Positions 51,541 to 62,661 of a DNA stretch of 64,000 nt are shown here, piece after piece. The DNA is taken from NCBI GenBank assembly GCA_963820545.1, contig CAWGAJ010000001.1, forward strand, positions 266,396-330,395, written 5' to 3'. Both the position numbers and the translations under genes were made by a program. Every line of letters starts with the position of its first letter. The first letter of the stretch is position 1. The notes beneath the pieces were generated by a model. The model was not told the DNA's origin, did no database searches, and was given only the letters and a program-made list of their open reading frames with translations. The stretch comes from Pirellulales bacterium (GTDB lineage Bacteria; Planctomycetota; Planctomycetia; Pirellulales; Thermoguttaceae).

Positions 51541-52365
51541 TTGGGAATGCTCACAATATTCGTAGTATCCGACGCCACGGGCGGCACGGCGGAGCGCATG
51601 GCCCGTTCGGCATTGATCCAGTTCGAAAACGCACCGGTAACCTTAGTGCGCAGGCCGAATATTCGGACGCCCAAGAGGTTGCGTCTGGTTGTGGAGGAGG
51701 CAGCCGCGGGAGAGTCGCTAATTTTGCACACGCTGGTTTCCAACGAGTTGCGCCGCCTGATGGTCTCCGAAGCCCGCTTGCACCACGTGGATTCGCTGGA
51801 CATGATGGGTCCGATCCTGGACCGCTTGGCCAGGCATTTGAAAATCACGCCGCAGGAAAAGCCCGGTTTGTTCCAGCAGTTGGTCGAGGCGCGGACCAGG
51901 GAAATCGAAGCCGTGTCTTTCGCCTTTCACCACGATGACGGCCAAAATCCAGCCGACCTGGAGCGTGCCGAAGTGGTCCTGGTGGGCGTATCGCGCACCA
52001 TGAAAACGCCCACCATGTTGTATCTGGCTTATCGGGGTTGGTTCGCGGCCAATGTACCGCTGGTGCCCGGCGTGGCGCCGCCGAAATCGCTGCTCGCCCT
52101 GCCCCCCGAGCGCGTGTTCTGCCTGGTTGTGGCCCCCGACAAACTGCAACAAATGCGCCGCGCCAGGGCCGAAGAAGAATCCATCCCCCTGGAACCTTAT
52201 ATTTCGCTGGAGCAAATCCGCCGCGAACTGAACTATGCCGAGCAGTTATGCCGCAAACATAACTGGCAGCGGATCGATGTCACGGGCAAATCGGTCGAGG
52301 AAGCGGCCCGAGAAATAATTTTTATGCTCACCGAGGAAAATGAAAATCAAGCTGATGAAGATTAA
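51541..52365 (+). CDS. PEP-synthase / pyruvate-phosphate-dikinase regulatory protein-like kinase/pyrophosphorylase (DUF299)
   Basis: IFVVSDATGGTAE and P-loop VLVGVSRTMKTPTMLYLA. Confidence 0.75.
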   Translation: MGMLTIFVVSDATGGTAERMARSALIQFENAPVTLVRRPNIRTPKRLRLVVEEAAAGESLILHTLVSNELRRLMVSEARLHHVDSLDMMGPILDRLARHLKITPQEKPGLFQQLVEARTREIEAVSFAFHHDDGQNPADLERAEVVLVGVSRTMKTPTMLYLAYRGWFAANVPLVPGVAPPKSLLALPPERVFCLVVAPDKLQQMRRARAEEESIPLEPYISLEQIRRELNYAEQLCRKHNWQRIDVTGKSVEEAAREIIFMLTEENENQADED

Positions 52366-52375
52366 ACATTCGTGT

Positions 52376-52500
52376 AATTCTGAGCGAAGCGAAGAATCTC
52401 TTTTAAGCCGTCAGCCATCAGCAGTCAGCTTTCAGCCTATAACCTCTTACCTATAACCTCAAAATGAGATCCTTCGCTGCGTTCAGGATGACGTTTGGGC
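52376..52500. repeat. MITE-like element with imperfect 24-bp terminal inverted repeats
   Basis: ATTCTGAGCGAAGCGAAGAATCTC ... GAGATCCTTCGCTGCGTTCAGGAT. Confidence 0.4.
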
Positions 52501-52648
52501 TTATAGGATAAGCGCAAAATTCCCTGGCCAAGGTGTCTTCGGGGGATTGTACGAATTGTAAAATAAGCTATTGTGTAAGAAGTTCAGTCCAGCATCGTGG
52601 CTGGACGACGTTGGTTCGTGGAATCTCGATCGGGGTAAGGAGATCATC

Positions 52649-53116
52649 ATGCCAGTCAAGCGCTTAATGGAATTTCTCGACACGCAGCGTGTCAAGTATG
52701 TCACTATCAAACATTCGCCGGCTTATACCGCGCAGGAAATCGCCGCCTCGGCGCACGTGCGGGGCAAGGAGTTGGCTAAAACGGTGATGGTCAAGATCGA
52801 CCAGCAGATGGCCATGGCCGTGTTGCCCGCCTCCTTGAAGGTCAATTTCGAGCGCCTCCAGGAACAGTCCGGCGCCGGCCAGGTGGAACTCGCCAGCGAG
52901 AAGGAATTCAAAGACATGTTCCCCGACTGCGAAATCGGGGCCATGCCGCCTTTCGGCAATCTCTACGGCCTGGAGGTTTACGCCTCCCACCGGCTGGCGG
53001 AAGATACGGAAATCGTTTTCAACGCCGGCTCACACATCGAGTTGATCCGCATGGCCTACAAGGATTTTGAGCGCCTGGTCAAGCCCAAGGTCGCCAACAT
53101 CAGCTTCGGGGCGTAA
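52649..53116 (+). CDS. YbaK/ProX-like aminoacyl-tRNA deacylase domain protein
   Basis: start MPVKRLMEFLD with TAAGGAG RBS; overall YbaK-like fold pattern. Confidence 0.55.
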   Translation: MPVKRLMEFLDTQRVKYVTIKHSPAYTAQEIAASAHVRGKELAKTVMVKIDQQMAMAVLPASLKVNFERLQEQSGAGQVELASEKEFKDMFPDCEIGAMPPFGNLYGLEVYASHRLAEDTEIVFNAGSHIELIRMAYKDFERLVKPKVANISFGA

Positions 53117-53257
53117 TTTCCGCTAGGCCTCAGTGTATGGCAAATACAATAGTAATCTCTTGTTTAGCCGCGAGCCATCGGCGAGCGGGTAAATAGTTCC
53201 CCTTACCAGTAACCAGTCCGGCGGAAATATATTTTCATCCAGATTACGAGATTCATA

Positions 53258-54062
53258 ATGGAAAGCATCTATGCGATTATCATGGGCGCTGTGGAAGGGC
53301 TCACCGAGTTCTTGCCGATTTCTTCCACCGGCCACCTGATACTCACTCAACATTTGCTTGGTTTGGAAGCAAAGTGGGGAAAAGATGTCGTTGATGCGTT
53401 TGTAATTTTCATCCAACTCGGCGCCATTCTGGCCGTGGTGGCGGCCTATCCCCGCCGCTTCTTAAACTTGCTGCGGTTCCGCGAAAACCAGGGTTTTTCC
53501 GGCCTTCGCGGGATCGGCTTGTTGATAATCACTTCCCTCCCGGCCGCCTTGCTGGGACTGGTTGCGCAAATACATCCACGAAAAACTGTTCAATCCCACC
53601 ACCGTGGCCGTTGCCCTGGCCGTCGGCGCCGGGTGGATCTTGCTGGTCGAACGTTTCCTCTCCCGGACGCAAAAAGAGGGCGTCGATTCGCTCAACTGGA
53701 AAGACGCCATGGCCGTGGGACTGTTTCAGTGCCTGTCGCTCTGGCCGGGCATGTCGCGCTCGGCCTCGACGATCCTGGGCGGCATGATGTCCGGCCTGGA
53801 GCGCAAGACCGCCACCGAATATTCTTTCTTCGCGGCGGTTCCCATCATGTTTGCGGCCACGTTTTACGAACTGTATAAGAGTTATAAATTCTTTAGCGCC
53901 GCGAATTTCGCCATGCTCGCCGTTGGTTTTATGGTTTCGTTCCTTTGCGCCTGGCTGGCGGTAAAATTTTTCATCCGCTTTCTCGGCCGGCACACGCTGG
54001 CGCCCTTTGGCTGGTATCGCTTGATCCTGGCCGGATTAGTTCTCTGGTGGCTGATTTTCTAA
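53258..54062 (+). CDS. uppP: undecaprenyl-diphosphatase (UppP/BacA), apparent frameshift near 53560
   Basis: LTEFLPISSTGHLIL at the N-terminus; C-terminal TM region in ORF 53562..54062. Confidence 0.7.
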
Positions 54063-54166
54063 CTGCCGAACGCCCGACAGTTCGCCGCGTACACCTGCTC
54101 AGCATCGACCTATCTCTTGAGATCGCCGGTCATCAAAGCTGCGCTTTCTACCGCGCTCGGAGTCAT

Positions 54167-55162
54167 TTACGGCACGGGCGGCATGTAGTTGTTCAGCACG
54201 AGCCACCAGCGCGTGCAGTGGAAGAAGACGGGGGCGGCGAAGCAGATCGAGTCGATCCGGTCGAGCAGCCCGCCGTGACCTTCCACCAGGGTGCCGTAGT
54301 CTTTTACGCCGCGGTCGCGTTTGATGGCCGACATGGTCAGTCCGCCGGCAAAGCCCATCAGCGAGATCACCCCCGACATCACGCCCGCCATCCACCAACT
54401 GGCGCCGTGAAAGGGCGTGGCCCACCACAGCATCGAGCCGATCAACATCACGCTGGCCGTTCCGCCCAGCAGTCCTTCCCAGGTGCGGCTGGGATTGATC
54501 GCCGGCACGATCAGATGCTTGCTGTCGATCTGCGCCCAGAGATATTGCAGGGCGTCGCTCAGTTGCACCATGAGCACGAAGAAAAACAGCAGGCGCACTT
54601 TGCCGCCCACGTCCGGATTGCCGTTGGGCAAGTCGGGCAGCTTCAGCATCAGCAAGGCCGGCGCGTAGCTGAGGCAGTACACGCAAATCAACAAGCCGCA
54701 CTGAATCTTGGCCGTGCGTTCCAGAAACCGCTTGAAATCGCCCGCCAAGGCGATTGCCACGGGAACGAACAAAAATCCGTATACCGGAATGACTACGCTA
54801 TACAATCCGTAGCGTTCGATTCCCACCAGCAAGTACTGCAAGGGCGTAAAGATGAAGAACACGAAAAACAGCGTGCGGTGATCGCCCAAGCGCGTGGGCG
54901 TGAGCGTAATAAATTCCCTCAGCGCCCAGAAGGAAATCAGCCCGAACAGCACCACCGTGGCCGTCTGGCCGATGAAAAAAGCGGCAAACAGCACGGAGAA
55001 CAGGATCCACCACGTCCGCACGCGGAGCCGAAAGGTTTCGATAATCGCCGGGTCCAATCCGCTCTCCTGCCGATGCTTGAGCATCTGCACGACTCCCATG
55101 GTAGCGCACAGCAGCAACAGCACGGCGCCCACCAGACCTATAGTTGGACCTTCATCAAACAC
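54167..55162 (-). CDS. cdsA: phosphatidate cytidylyltransferase
   Basis: SAIKRDRGVKDYGTLVEGHGGLLDRIDS CdsA signature. Confidence 0.7.
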   Translation of the reverse strand: MFDEGPTIGLVGAVLLLLCATMGVVQMLKHRQESGLDPAIIETFRLRVRTWWILFSVLFAAFFIGQTATVVLFGLISFWALREFITLTPTRLGDHRTLFFVFFIFTPLQYLLVGIERYGLYSVVIPVYGFLFVPVAIALAGDFKRFLERTAKIQCGLLICVYCLSYAPALLMLKLPDLPNGNPDVGGKVRLLFFFVLMVQLSDALQYLWAQIDSKHLIVPAINPSRTWEGLLGGTASVMLIGSMLWWATPFHGASWWMAGVMSGVISLMGFAGGLTMSAIKRDRGVKDYGTLVEGHGGLLDRIDSICFAAPVFFHCTRWWLVLNNYMPPVP

Positions 55163-55185
55163 GGCAAGTTATCCCCATAAAAGGT

Positions 55186-55799
55186 TTATAATTCTTTCAA
55201 ACGCTTGACCGCTTCGCGCGTGCGGGCGAGGAACTTGTTTTTTGGTTCACCCGCTTCCAGCCACATGGGCGGGCCAAAGCTAATGCAAGTAAGCATGGGC
55301 ACCGGCAGCACCTCGCCGCGGGGCAGAATGCGATTCATATTATCTATATGCACGGGTATCAATTCCAGATCGGGCCGTTTTTTGCACAGGTAATAAAGTC
55401 CGCTTTTGAACTCGCCGATCTCGCGCCCGTCGCTCCGTCCGCCCTCGGGAAACACGATCAGCGAATACTGGTGTCCAATCTCGCGGATCATCATGTCGAC
55501 CGGGCTTTGATGGACCTTGATCTCCGTGCGATCGATCAGTATCGCGTTAAAAAGCTTGGTGGCGAAGTAGCGGCGGATGGGACCGGCCATCCAATAGTCC
55601 TTGGCAGCCACCGGCCGGGCCAGCAGCGCACGGCCTGCGGCAGTGACGACCAGATGACGATCGCATCCAGGTGACTCGTATGGTTGGCAAAATATACGCG
55701 CTGGCAGGTGTCGGGCTGGGAATCGATCCAGCGCGTGCTGGCCCCGCTGAGGAGCCGGGCTGACAATGCTAAAAAATCCCTGGTCAAATTGCCGTTCAT
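55186..55799 (-). CDS. plsC: 1-acyl-sn-glycerol-3-phosphate acyltransferase, apparent frameshift near 55620
   Basis: HXXXXD motif NHTSHLD in ORF 55536..55799; FPEGGRS motif in ORF 55186..55611. Confidence 0.6.
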
Positions 55800-55900
55800 A
55801 AATCCACTACCTGCCAGAATGACATCGTAGCGTGCCTTGTCTCCGGAGCCAATACCCCTTTTGTAGTGGAGAGTGGCGAGTGGCGAGTTTAACTCTCTAC

Positions 55901-57113
55901 TTACCTTATACCGAATAGATACTCAGCGCCGGCCTTCGATGATGGGGATTTTAACTTCATGCCCGTCACCTTTGTTTCGTACAAATCGGCGATCAGATCC
56001 TGGTAGGCGCGGACCATTCTTTCCAACGACCAATGGGCGATCACATGTTCTCGGCCGGCGCGTCCCAGCAAAGCGGCATGGTCGGGATGGCAGAGCAGCT
56101 CCAGTGTTCGTTGGGCAAGTTCATACGCATCACCGGGCTGAACCAAATAGCCCGTCTTGCCGTCCAGAACCGTCTCCGGCACCGATCCCACCTGGGTCGC
56201 CACCACCGGTTTCTCACAGGCCATGGCCTCTAAAATCGACGTGGGATTGGCCTCCATGTGGGAACTCAGCAAAACCACATCCACCAGCGAAAGCACCTCG
56301 GCCACGTCGCGGCGAACGCCCAGAAACAAAACCGCCTCCCCAAGGCCCAATTCCCGGGCGAGCGATGCGAGTTTTTTCCGCTTAGGGCCGTCGCCGACCA
56401 CCAGAAATTTCGTCGCCGGCAGGGCCTGATGGATTTTCTTTGCCGCCTGCAAAAATAATTCATGGTTTTTTTCCGGTCTTAATGCGGCCACAATGCCCAC
56501 CACCGGCGATCCCGTCGTCAAGCAAAATTCTTCCTGCAAGGCCGGCACGGGCCAGCGAGGGTGAAATTTTTCCACGTCCACGCCGTTGGGAATGATCCGC
56601 ACCTTTGCGCCGGACAACCTTCGTGTTCCGCCAGATATTGCCCGTGCGACTTGGCCACGCCGATAAAAGCGTCGGTTATCGGCGCCAGCAGCCGATTGAG
56701 CGGCTCCACTCGATCCGGCCAGCCCGTGGAATGCAATGCCGAGCAAATCACCGGCACGCCCGCCAAGTAGCCGGCCAGGCGTCCCCAAAACATCTTGTCG
56801 CCGGCGCCTACGGTAACCACGGCGTCGATTTGCCGCTTTCGCATTAGTCCGGCCAGACGCCCTAACGTCGCCAAGTCGTATTTGTGCCTCAGCAGTCCGG
56901 TGAAAGCGGGAATCTCTTGGGCCAGCGCCTCGCCCAAAGTATCGAAATATTTCAGGCAACATAATTCCGGCGCAAACGCGATCGGTCCATGCGCCGCACG
57001 AGATTGACCAACAAGGTTTCCATGCCGCCCACGGGCATGCTGGTGAGTACAAACATCACCCGCAATGGACCGCGATCAACAAGCGGAGTTATTCGACGTC
57101 GGCGAAATAACAT
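55901..57113 (-). CDS. glycosyltransferase family 4 (GT1-fold), at least two apparent frameshifts
   Basis: C-terminal EANPTSILEAMACEKPVVATQVGSVPETV..GKTGYLV; N-terminal part in ORF 56518..56937 and a short start ORF from 57113. Confidence 0.6.
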
Positions 57114-57138
57114 GAAAGTGGAGAGTGGTTAGTGGAGA

Positions 57139-57300
57139 GTGGACAGTGTGAAGTTTAGCCGCGACCGGGCACCGACCGAAGGTTGGTCGGGGAGCGGGTT
57201 ATTCGTAAAATGTTTAGCCGCGACCGGACACCGACGGGCACCGTGCGTAGCATGGTCGGTTGGTCGGGGAGCGGTTTCATTGGACGACTTTCAAAGTCAT
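57139..57300. repeat. tandem REP-like repeats (GTTTAGCCGCGACCGG..CACCGAC.. family)
   Basis: two units 57139..57200 and 57210..57300. Confidence 0.55.
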
Positions 57301-57381
57301 CTTACCGCACTCTCAAATATGGCATTGAAAAGCGTCTTCTGCCCAAGGTGGGATTATGCCTGATATGAAGGATGAAAGGGC

Positions 57382-58258
57382 TTAGTTGGCAAACGGATCC
57401 TCTTCGTCGGCCGGTTTGGTTTCGGCGGGCTTAGCGGCTGGCCTTGGCGGCGTGGGCTTTATGGCCGGGGTCGCCGGTAGGGGCTTCATGGGCTGAGTTT
57501 TCGGAATGGGCTTTACGTCAACCCCCATATTATTGCCGCCAGCGACTCCTTTGGTCTTTGCTTCTGTTTCCGTTTTCTCGGCAAAGGGATCTTCTCCGGC
57601 CCCAGCCTCCTTTTTCTCCGCTGCCGGTTCGCTTGCGGGTTCAGCGTCAAATCCTTCCTCTGCGCCGGCGGCTTTTTCTACTGTTGCAGGCTCAGCCGAG
57701 GATTCAGCTTCGCCTTCAGCGGCGGTTTCTTCGCTGGCTGGGGCGGCAATTGTTTCTGCGGATTCGCTAGCCGGCAACTGGGCGCTTTCGGCCTGGCGTT
57801 GTAAGACCCGCGCCTCTTCCCGGTGGATCGCCTCGTAGCGGGCTTTGCGCAACCTGGTCGCCTCTTCCAGTGCGGCCATGCGCGCCTGAACCCGATAAGC
57901 TTCCAATTGTTGCGCGCGCCATGCCTTGCACGCGCTCTAGTGCGCGAGCGACATTATAAAACTTGTTGACGTCTTTTATTTCTTCAGTGGCCCCTTTCTG
58001 AAAATCCATATTGGCTTCCGGCGCGCGGCCGAGTTTCAGATAAACCAGACCACGAAAATAGTATACCCGCGGATCGCGGCTGCCAGCGTCAGAAGCCGCG
58101 GTTAGTTTTTCATAGGCCTTAAGATAATCTCCGGAGAAGTACGCATGAACGCCGCTCCCATAGAGTTGCCCCAAAACAGCCTCTTGGGCCTGCAACGGCG
58201 CCGTGCAAAGCCCTGCCAGCCCTCCGACCAGCAAAACCATAGTCCGTAGCATATCCAT
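57382..58258 (-). CDS. secreted TPR-like protein with acidic Ala/Glu/Pro-rich C-terminal region (apparent frameshift near 57900)
   Basis: signal peptide MDMLRTMVLLVGGLAGLCTAPLQA in ORF 57767..58258; low-complexity tail in ORF 57382..57906. Confidence 0.5.
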
Positions 58259-58538
58259 TTACTCCTGTCCAAAACAGTAATGCCTTATCCAACGCTGCTT
58301 TTCCGCACTTTCTTCGATCCTAATTGCTTTGCATATAAATATCAAGCAATCGCTGTATCTTGTGCAAATTCAGTATGTATTTAAGGGAAATGATCCCCAA
58401 ATGGCCATCCTGAAGAGGGGGTCGATATCCTTGACGTCTGCTCGTTATGCTATTTATACTAAAGACTGTAAGTGGCGGAACCTGCGCTGAATGGGAGTTT
58501 TGTCTGCCCGTCACCCCCAGAACAGCGGGAATTATTTC

Positions 58539-59555
58539 ATGAATCTTAAGCTGATCGCCCGGACATGGCTTGCCATTGCGGCAGTAGTTCTACTTTGCCG
58601 GCCTTTAATAGCCGCCGACGCTGACCTCTCCACTGCCCAGGAACCGGAGGCGAATCAATCGGCCCTTGAGCCCGCCGATGCAGAATCTCAAGACAAACCG
58701 CCCGCGGAAAAAGCAACTGCTCCCTCAGCGGAAAAAACTTCCGCTTCACCCTTTGCCCCCGGGGTGATGATCACCATCCAGCCCGATCGCGACCTGCGCG
58801 ATACCGTCAGTCAACACGACGTGGTGGAATTGTTGGCCGTGGACAAAAAATATGATTGGGCCAAAGATATATCATTCCGGCATGAAGTTTGGGCCTTGCA
58901 GTTCAGTTTTAAGCCCATGCGCATGATCTGGGTCGATGTGCCCCAGGCCAGCGGAAAGATGCAGCGCAAGCTGATTTGGTACATGGTCTATTCGGTTGCC
59001 AATACCGGCAAAGTCATGGCGCCTGTCAAAGATACTGCGCTTCCTTATGAAAACGCACTATCGAACAAGGAAAAGGTTTTCGAGATCAAGTTGGTCGACA
59101 AGCCCGTTCACTTTATACCCGAGTTCCTCTTGGAGGGCCACAACCGACTCAAAGAAGGCGAAGGCTTCATGAAGCCCTATCCCGATCGGGTAATTCCCGT
59201 GGCCGATGCGGCCATCCAATTGCGCGAAGGTTACGGCCAAAAGTTCCATACTTCCGTGGAAATGTGCCGCGATATTGCCGTTGGCCAGACCGTCTGGGGC
59301 GTGGCAACTTGGGAAGATCTTGATCCAACTATTGTGCGTTTCTCGGTCTACGTGACCGGCTTGACCAACGCCTATCGGTGGAAAGACACCCCCGGCGAGT
59401 ACAAGGAGGGGGATGAAATCGGCAAAGGCCGCCGCCTGCTCCGCAAAACTCTTAAACTCAATTTCTGGCGGCCCGGGGACGAATATTTTGAACACGAGGA
59501 AGAAATCCGCTATGGCATCCCGGGCAGGGTTGACTACCAGTGGATTTATCGGTAA
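58539..59555 (+). CDS. hypothetical secreted protein
   Basis: start at MNLKLIARTWLAIAAVVLLC (signal peptide); 338 aa. Confidence 0.5.
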   Translation: MNLKLIARTWLAIAAVVLLCRPLIAADADLSTAQEPEANQSALEPADAESQDKPPAEKATAPSAEKTSASPFAPGVMITIQPDRDLRDTVSQHDVVELLAVDKKYDWAKDISFRHEVWALQFSFKPMRMIWVDVPQASGKMQRKLIWYMVYSVANTGKVMAPVKDTALPYENALSNKEKVFEIKLVDKPVHFIPEFLLEGHNRLKEGEGFMKPYPDRVIPVADAAIQLREGYGQKFHTSVEMCRDIAVGQTVWGVATWEDLDPTIVRFSVYVTGLTNAYRWKDTPGEYKEGDEIGKGRRLLRKTLKLNFWRPGDEYFEHEEEIRYGIPGRVDYQWIYR

Positions 59556-59744
59556 AAAGATAGATTCGCCCCAAAAATGCGTATGCCAATATTCGGGTGC
59601 CACTGGCGTCTCGCCAGTGCCGCCTGTAATAAACACGGGCAAAATGCCCGTGCCACCCAACCCAATAAATAAGGTTCAAAGTTTAGGATTTAATTGTCCA
59701 AGCAAGTTCTGAACCCCGAACCCTGAACCCTAAAGGAAATTCCC

Positions 59745-59993
59745 ATGGCACATAAAAAAGGCCAAGGCTCCAGCCGAAACGGTCGCGATTCCAATGCCCA
59801 GCATCGCGGTGTGAAGCGCTTTGGCGGCCAACGTGTTCGGGCAGGCAATATTCTTGTTCGGCAAGTAGGCACCCGTTTTCATCCCGGCAAAGGCGTGGGC
59901 AAGGGAAACGATTACACCTTGTTCGCCCTGGTCGACGGCTATGTGAAATTCGATCGCGGCGGGCGCCGCGTCCACGTGCTCGAATCGCTATAA
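59745..59993 (+). CDS. rpmA: 50S ribosomal protein L27
   Basis: [29 protein letters not shown]. Confidence 0.9.
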   Translation: MAHKKGQGSSRNGRDSNAQHRGVKRFGGQRVRAGNILVRQVGTRFHPGKGVGKGNDYTLFALVDGYVKFDRGGRRVHVLESL

Positions 59994-60108
59994 AGGATTC
60001 AGAGGTCAGGGTTCAGGGTGCAGAACCCGGATGGAAGAAAACATCTGAACCCTGAACCGCGAACCCTTGTTGCTGCCCACCGCCCACTAATCCCCAATCC
60101 CTTTTTTT

Positions 60109-61050
60109 ATGACCGCAGTTATTTTAGACGGAAAGGCCTTGGCCGAACGCATCCGCGCGGAGATCACCGACGAGGTGGCCGCGCTCATTGCCGATAGCGC
60201 AATTACGCCCTGTCTGGCCGCGGTGCTGGTGGGCGACAATCCGGCCAGCCAGACTTACGTGCGCAACAAGCAAAAGGCCTGCCAGCAGGCCGGCATGGGC
60301 AGCGTGCTTCATCAGCTAAAGACCGAAACCACCACGGCCGAATTGCTCGCCCTGATCGACCGGCTCAATCGCGATCCCAAAGTCCACGGCATCTTGGTCC
60401 AACTCCCTTTGCCCAGACATATAAATAACTACCAGGCGCTCGAGGCGATCCATCCCACAAAAGACGTCGATGCGCTTCATCCCGAAAACGTGGGCCGAAT
60501 CGTGCAAGGCCGGCCGAGGTTTTTGCCCTGCACTCCCCAGGGCATTCAACAACTGCTCATCTGCAACAACATCCCTATTGCCGGCGCCAACGTAGTTGTG
60601 TTGGGCCGCAGCGAGATCGTGGGCAAGCCCATGGCGATTATGCTCATGCAGCGCGGCCCGGGCGGCGACGCCACGGTCACCGTCTGCCACAGCCGCACGC
60701 GTAATCTGCCGCAGATCTGCCGCGCGGCCGACATCCTCATCGTGGCCATCGGCGAGGCAAAATTCCTCACCGCCGACATGGTCAAGCCCGGCGCCACGGT
60801 CATCGACGTGGGCATCAACCGCACGGAGGCCGGCCTGGTGGGCGACGTGGATTTCCAGGCCGTAAAAGAAGTTGCCGGCCACATTTCTCCCGTGCCCGGC
60901 GGCATAGGCCCGTTGACCATCGCCATGTTGCTTAAGAACACCCTCCAGGCAGCAAAATTGCAGACTCAAGCAAAGGATTTAGGGACGAGGGACGAGGGGA
61001 CAGGAAGCAGAGGCCAAGCATCAGCGGGCAAAAAAATACCTTATACCTAA
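60109..61050 (+). CDS. folD: bifunctional methylenetetrahydrofolate dehydrogenase / methenyl-THF cyclohydrolase
   Basis: VILDGKALA..; LVGDNPASQTYVRNK; HGILVQLPLP; carries a Gly/Lys-rich C-terminal extension of about 30 aa. Confidence 0.85.
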   Translation: MTAVILDGKALAERIRAEITDEVAALIADSAITPCLAAVLVGDNPASQTYVRNKQKACQQAGMGSVLHQLKTETTTAELLALIDRLNRDPKVHGILVQLPLPRHINNYQALEAIHPTKDVDALHPENVGRIVQGRPRFLPCTPQGIQQLLICNNIPIAGANVVVLGRSEIVGKPMAIMLMQRGPGGDATVTVCHSRTRNLPQICRAADILIVAIGEAKFLTADMVKPGATVIDVGINRTEAGLVGDVDFQAVKEVAGHISPVPGGIGPLTIAMLLKNTLQAAKLQTQAKDLGTRDEGTGSRGQASAGKKIPYT

Positions 61051-61446
61051 AGCGGTTGGGTGGCACGCCCTGAGGTACGAAGGGCGTGGCTGCAACAAGC
61101 CTTCGCGTGTCATTGCACTGTTTTGTGTTGGGGTGGAAGCGTGCTGTCGAGTTCGATTCGCACAGATCGAACGACCAGCGTTTACCACCACGCCCATCAC
61201 TTCATTATGGGCGTGCCACACCATCGGTTTAACACCGGCAGTCTCGCTAGAGTTCTAGTAGCCCAGCGGGGAATTGACTAGCGTGCTGTAAATTTATAGG
61301 CTATTGGATGTTCCGATTGGTCGATTCGTCCGCGCCTAAGCGGGGTGGCAGGCCGAGGCAACGGAAACCGGGACGAAAGGACGGAAGAAAGAGAAACATG
61401 AATAAAGTATGTATGTCCCCGGAATTACCCGGAATTACGGACTAAC

Positions 61447-62661
61447 ATGAGCAAAGAGAATCATCTTCTCGACCATCTTCTCAATCCCTTTTATCGGGAC
61501 GAGTCAAGCCGACTCATTTTACCAGGTAACCATATTCGTCTGCTTAAGAAATACAAGAGATGGACGGGCAATTGGCGCAACATCGCAGACTTTATTACCT
61601 ACGCAGCACGATTGCCGATTACATGGTTTCCCGATGCAAACGTGGCTTTCAGAGAAGATACGGAAATGGTCTGGGATGCCCTGCGAATCGCGGCGATGGG
61701 TTCAAATACCGCTTCGACCGTGATAAGTGGTGTTGTAGAGTATGAGGTTAGCGAATGGCTTAAGGAGCCACGGCACCACAAAGACCGTGCCAATACAATT
61801 CGCACGGCACTCGAAGGCAGAACATGGATAAGTAGGTTCGGCCTGGGATTGAAATCACCGATTTATCCGGCGATCATGGGCTATACGTGTCTCTTGGGAG
61901 TTAGGCGTTCCCTGGCTCGGCCCTGCCCTGACGGGCTTACTCTTGTCAACACTGATCCCGCTGCAAAGTCGGATACTATTAATGCCATCAGAAACATAAT
62001 TGGGGCTCGTGCTTTAGGGCTCGCCAAGAAGGGTCGTATCGATATAGAGAAGGAAGGATTCATCAATATTAGTGATGAACTGCATTGTTTGCTAGTAATT
62101 ACATATGCACTTACTACGGGAAAAGAATCAGTTCTTCTTACCGCTGATGAGGATTTCATAGAGATTTTTTGGAAGGCACAGTGGTTCTTAGATACACATT
62201 ATCGCGCTTGGCTTGCAGCAAAAATGGTCAAGGAAGGTAGATATGGACAGCCAGGAGAGGAATTAAAGGATACGAAAGGATTCTTCGATGGTCCTCTTGT
62301 ACTTTATCGGCGACAGACATTGCACCTTCTGGAAGTGCTTCCTCCGATTTATCGCCCGGTGTGTGTACATGTCGTTTACGTAGCCCCTAATAACATGATT
62401 CACAAAGCTAGCTTCTGCTTCGAGCGTGAGATGGTGGGGCTGCTTGAGACACGCGCAAGAACTAACGGGCGGTGTACCGATCTGTTTGGTCAGGCCAATA
62501 TCCACGTTGACCTTGGACCACTAAAGTCGTTGCTGAAAGGTTTGTATCTGGGCGTCGGGCGCGATGCCGGCGAGATGGTGGAGATAGCCGGTATTAAGAC
62601 CTTTTTGGCGCGACTTGATCTGGAACACTCAATTTACTGCCAGGAACGAAGCGCACGCTAA
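61447..62661 (+). CDS. hypothetical protein (404 aa), lower-GC insert
   Basis: no confident domain; possible PIN-like acidic motif SVLLTADEDF; about 50% GC versus about 60% in the backbone. Confidence 0.5.
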   Translation: MSKENHLLDHLLNPFYRDESSRLILPGNHIRLLKKYKRWTGNWRNIADFITYAARLPITWFPDANVAFREDTEMVWDALRIAAMGSNTASTVISGVVEYEVSEWLKEPRHHKDRANTIRTALEGRTWISRFGLGLKSPIYPAIMGYTCLLGVRRSLARPCPDGLTLVNTDPAAKSDTINAIRNIIGARALGLAKKGRIDIEKEGFINISDELHCLLVITYALTTGKESVLLTADEDFIEIFWKAQWFLDTHYRAWLAAKMVKEGRYGQPGEELKDTKGFFDGPLVLYRRQTLHLLEVLPPIYRPVCVHVVYVAPNNMIHKASFCFEREMVGLLETRARTNGRCTDLFGQANIHVDLGPLKSLLKGLYLGVGRDAGEMVEIAGIKTFLARLDLEHSIYCQERSAR

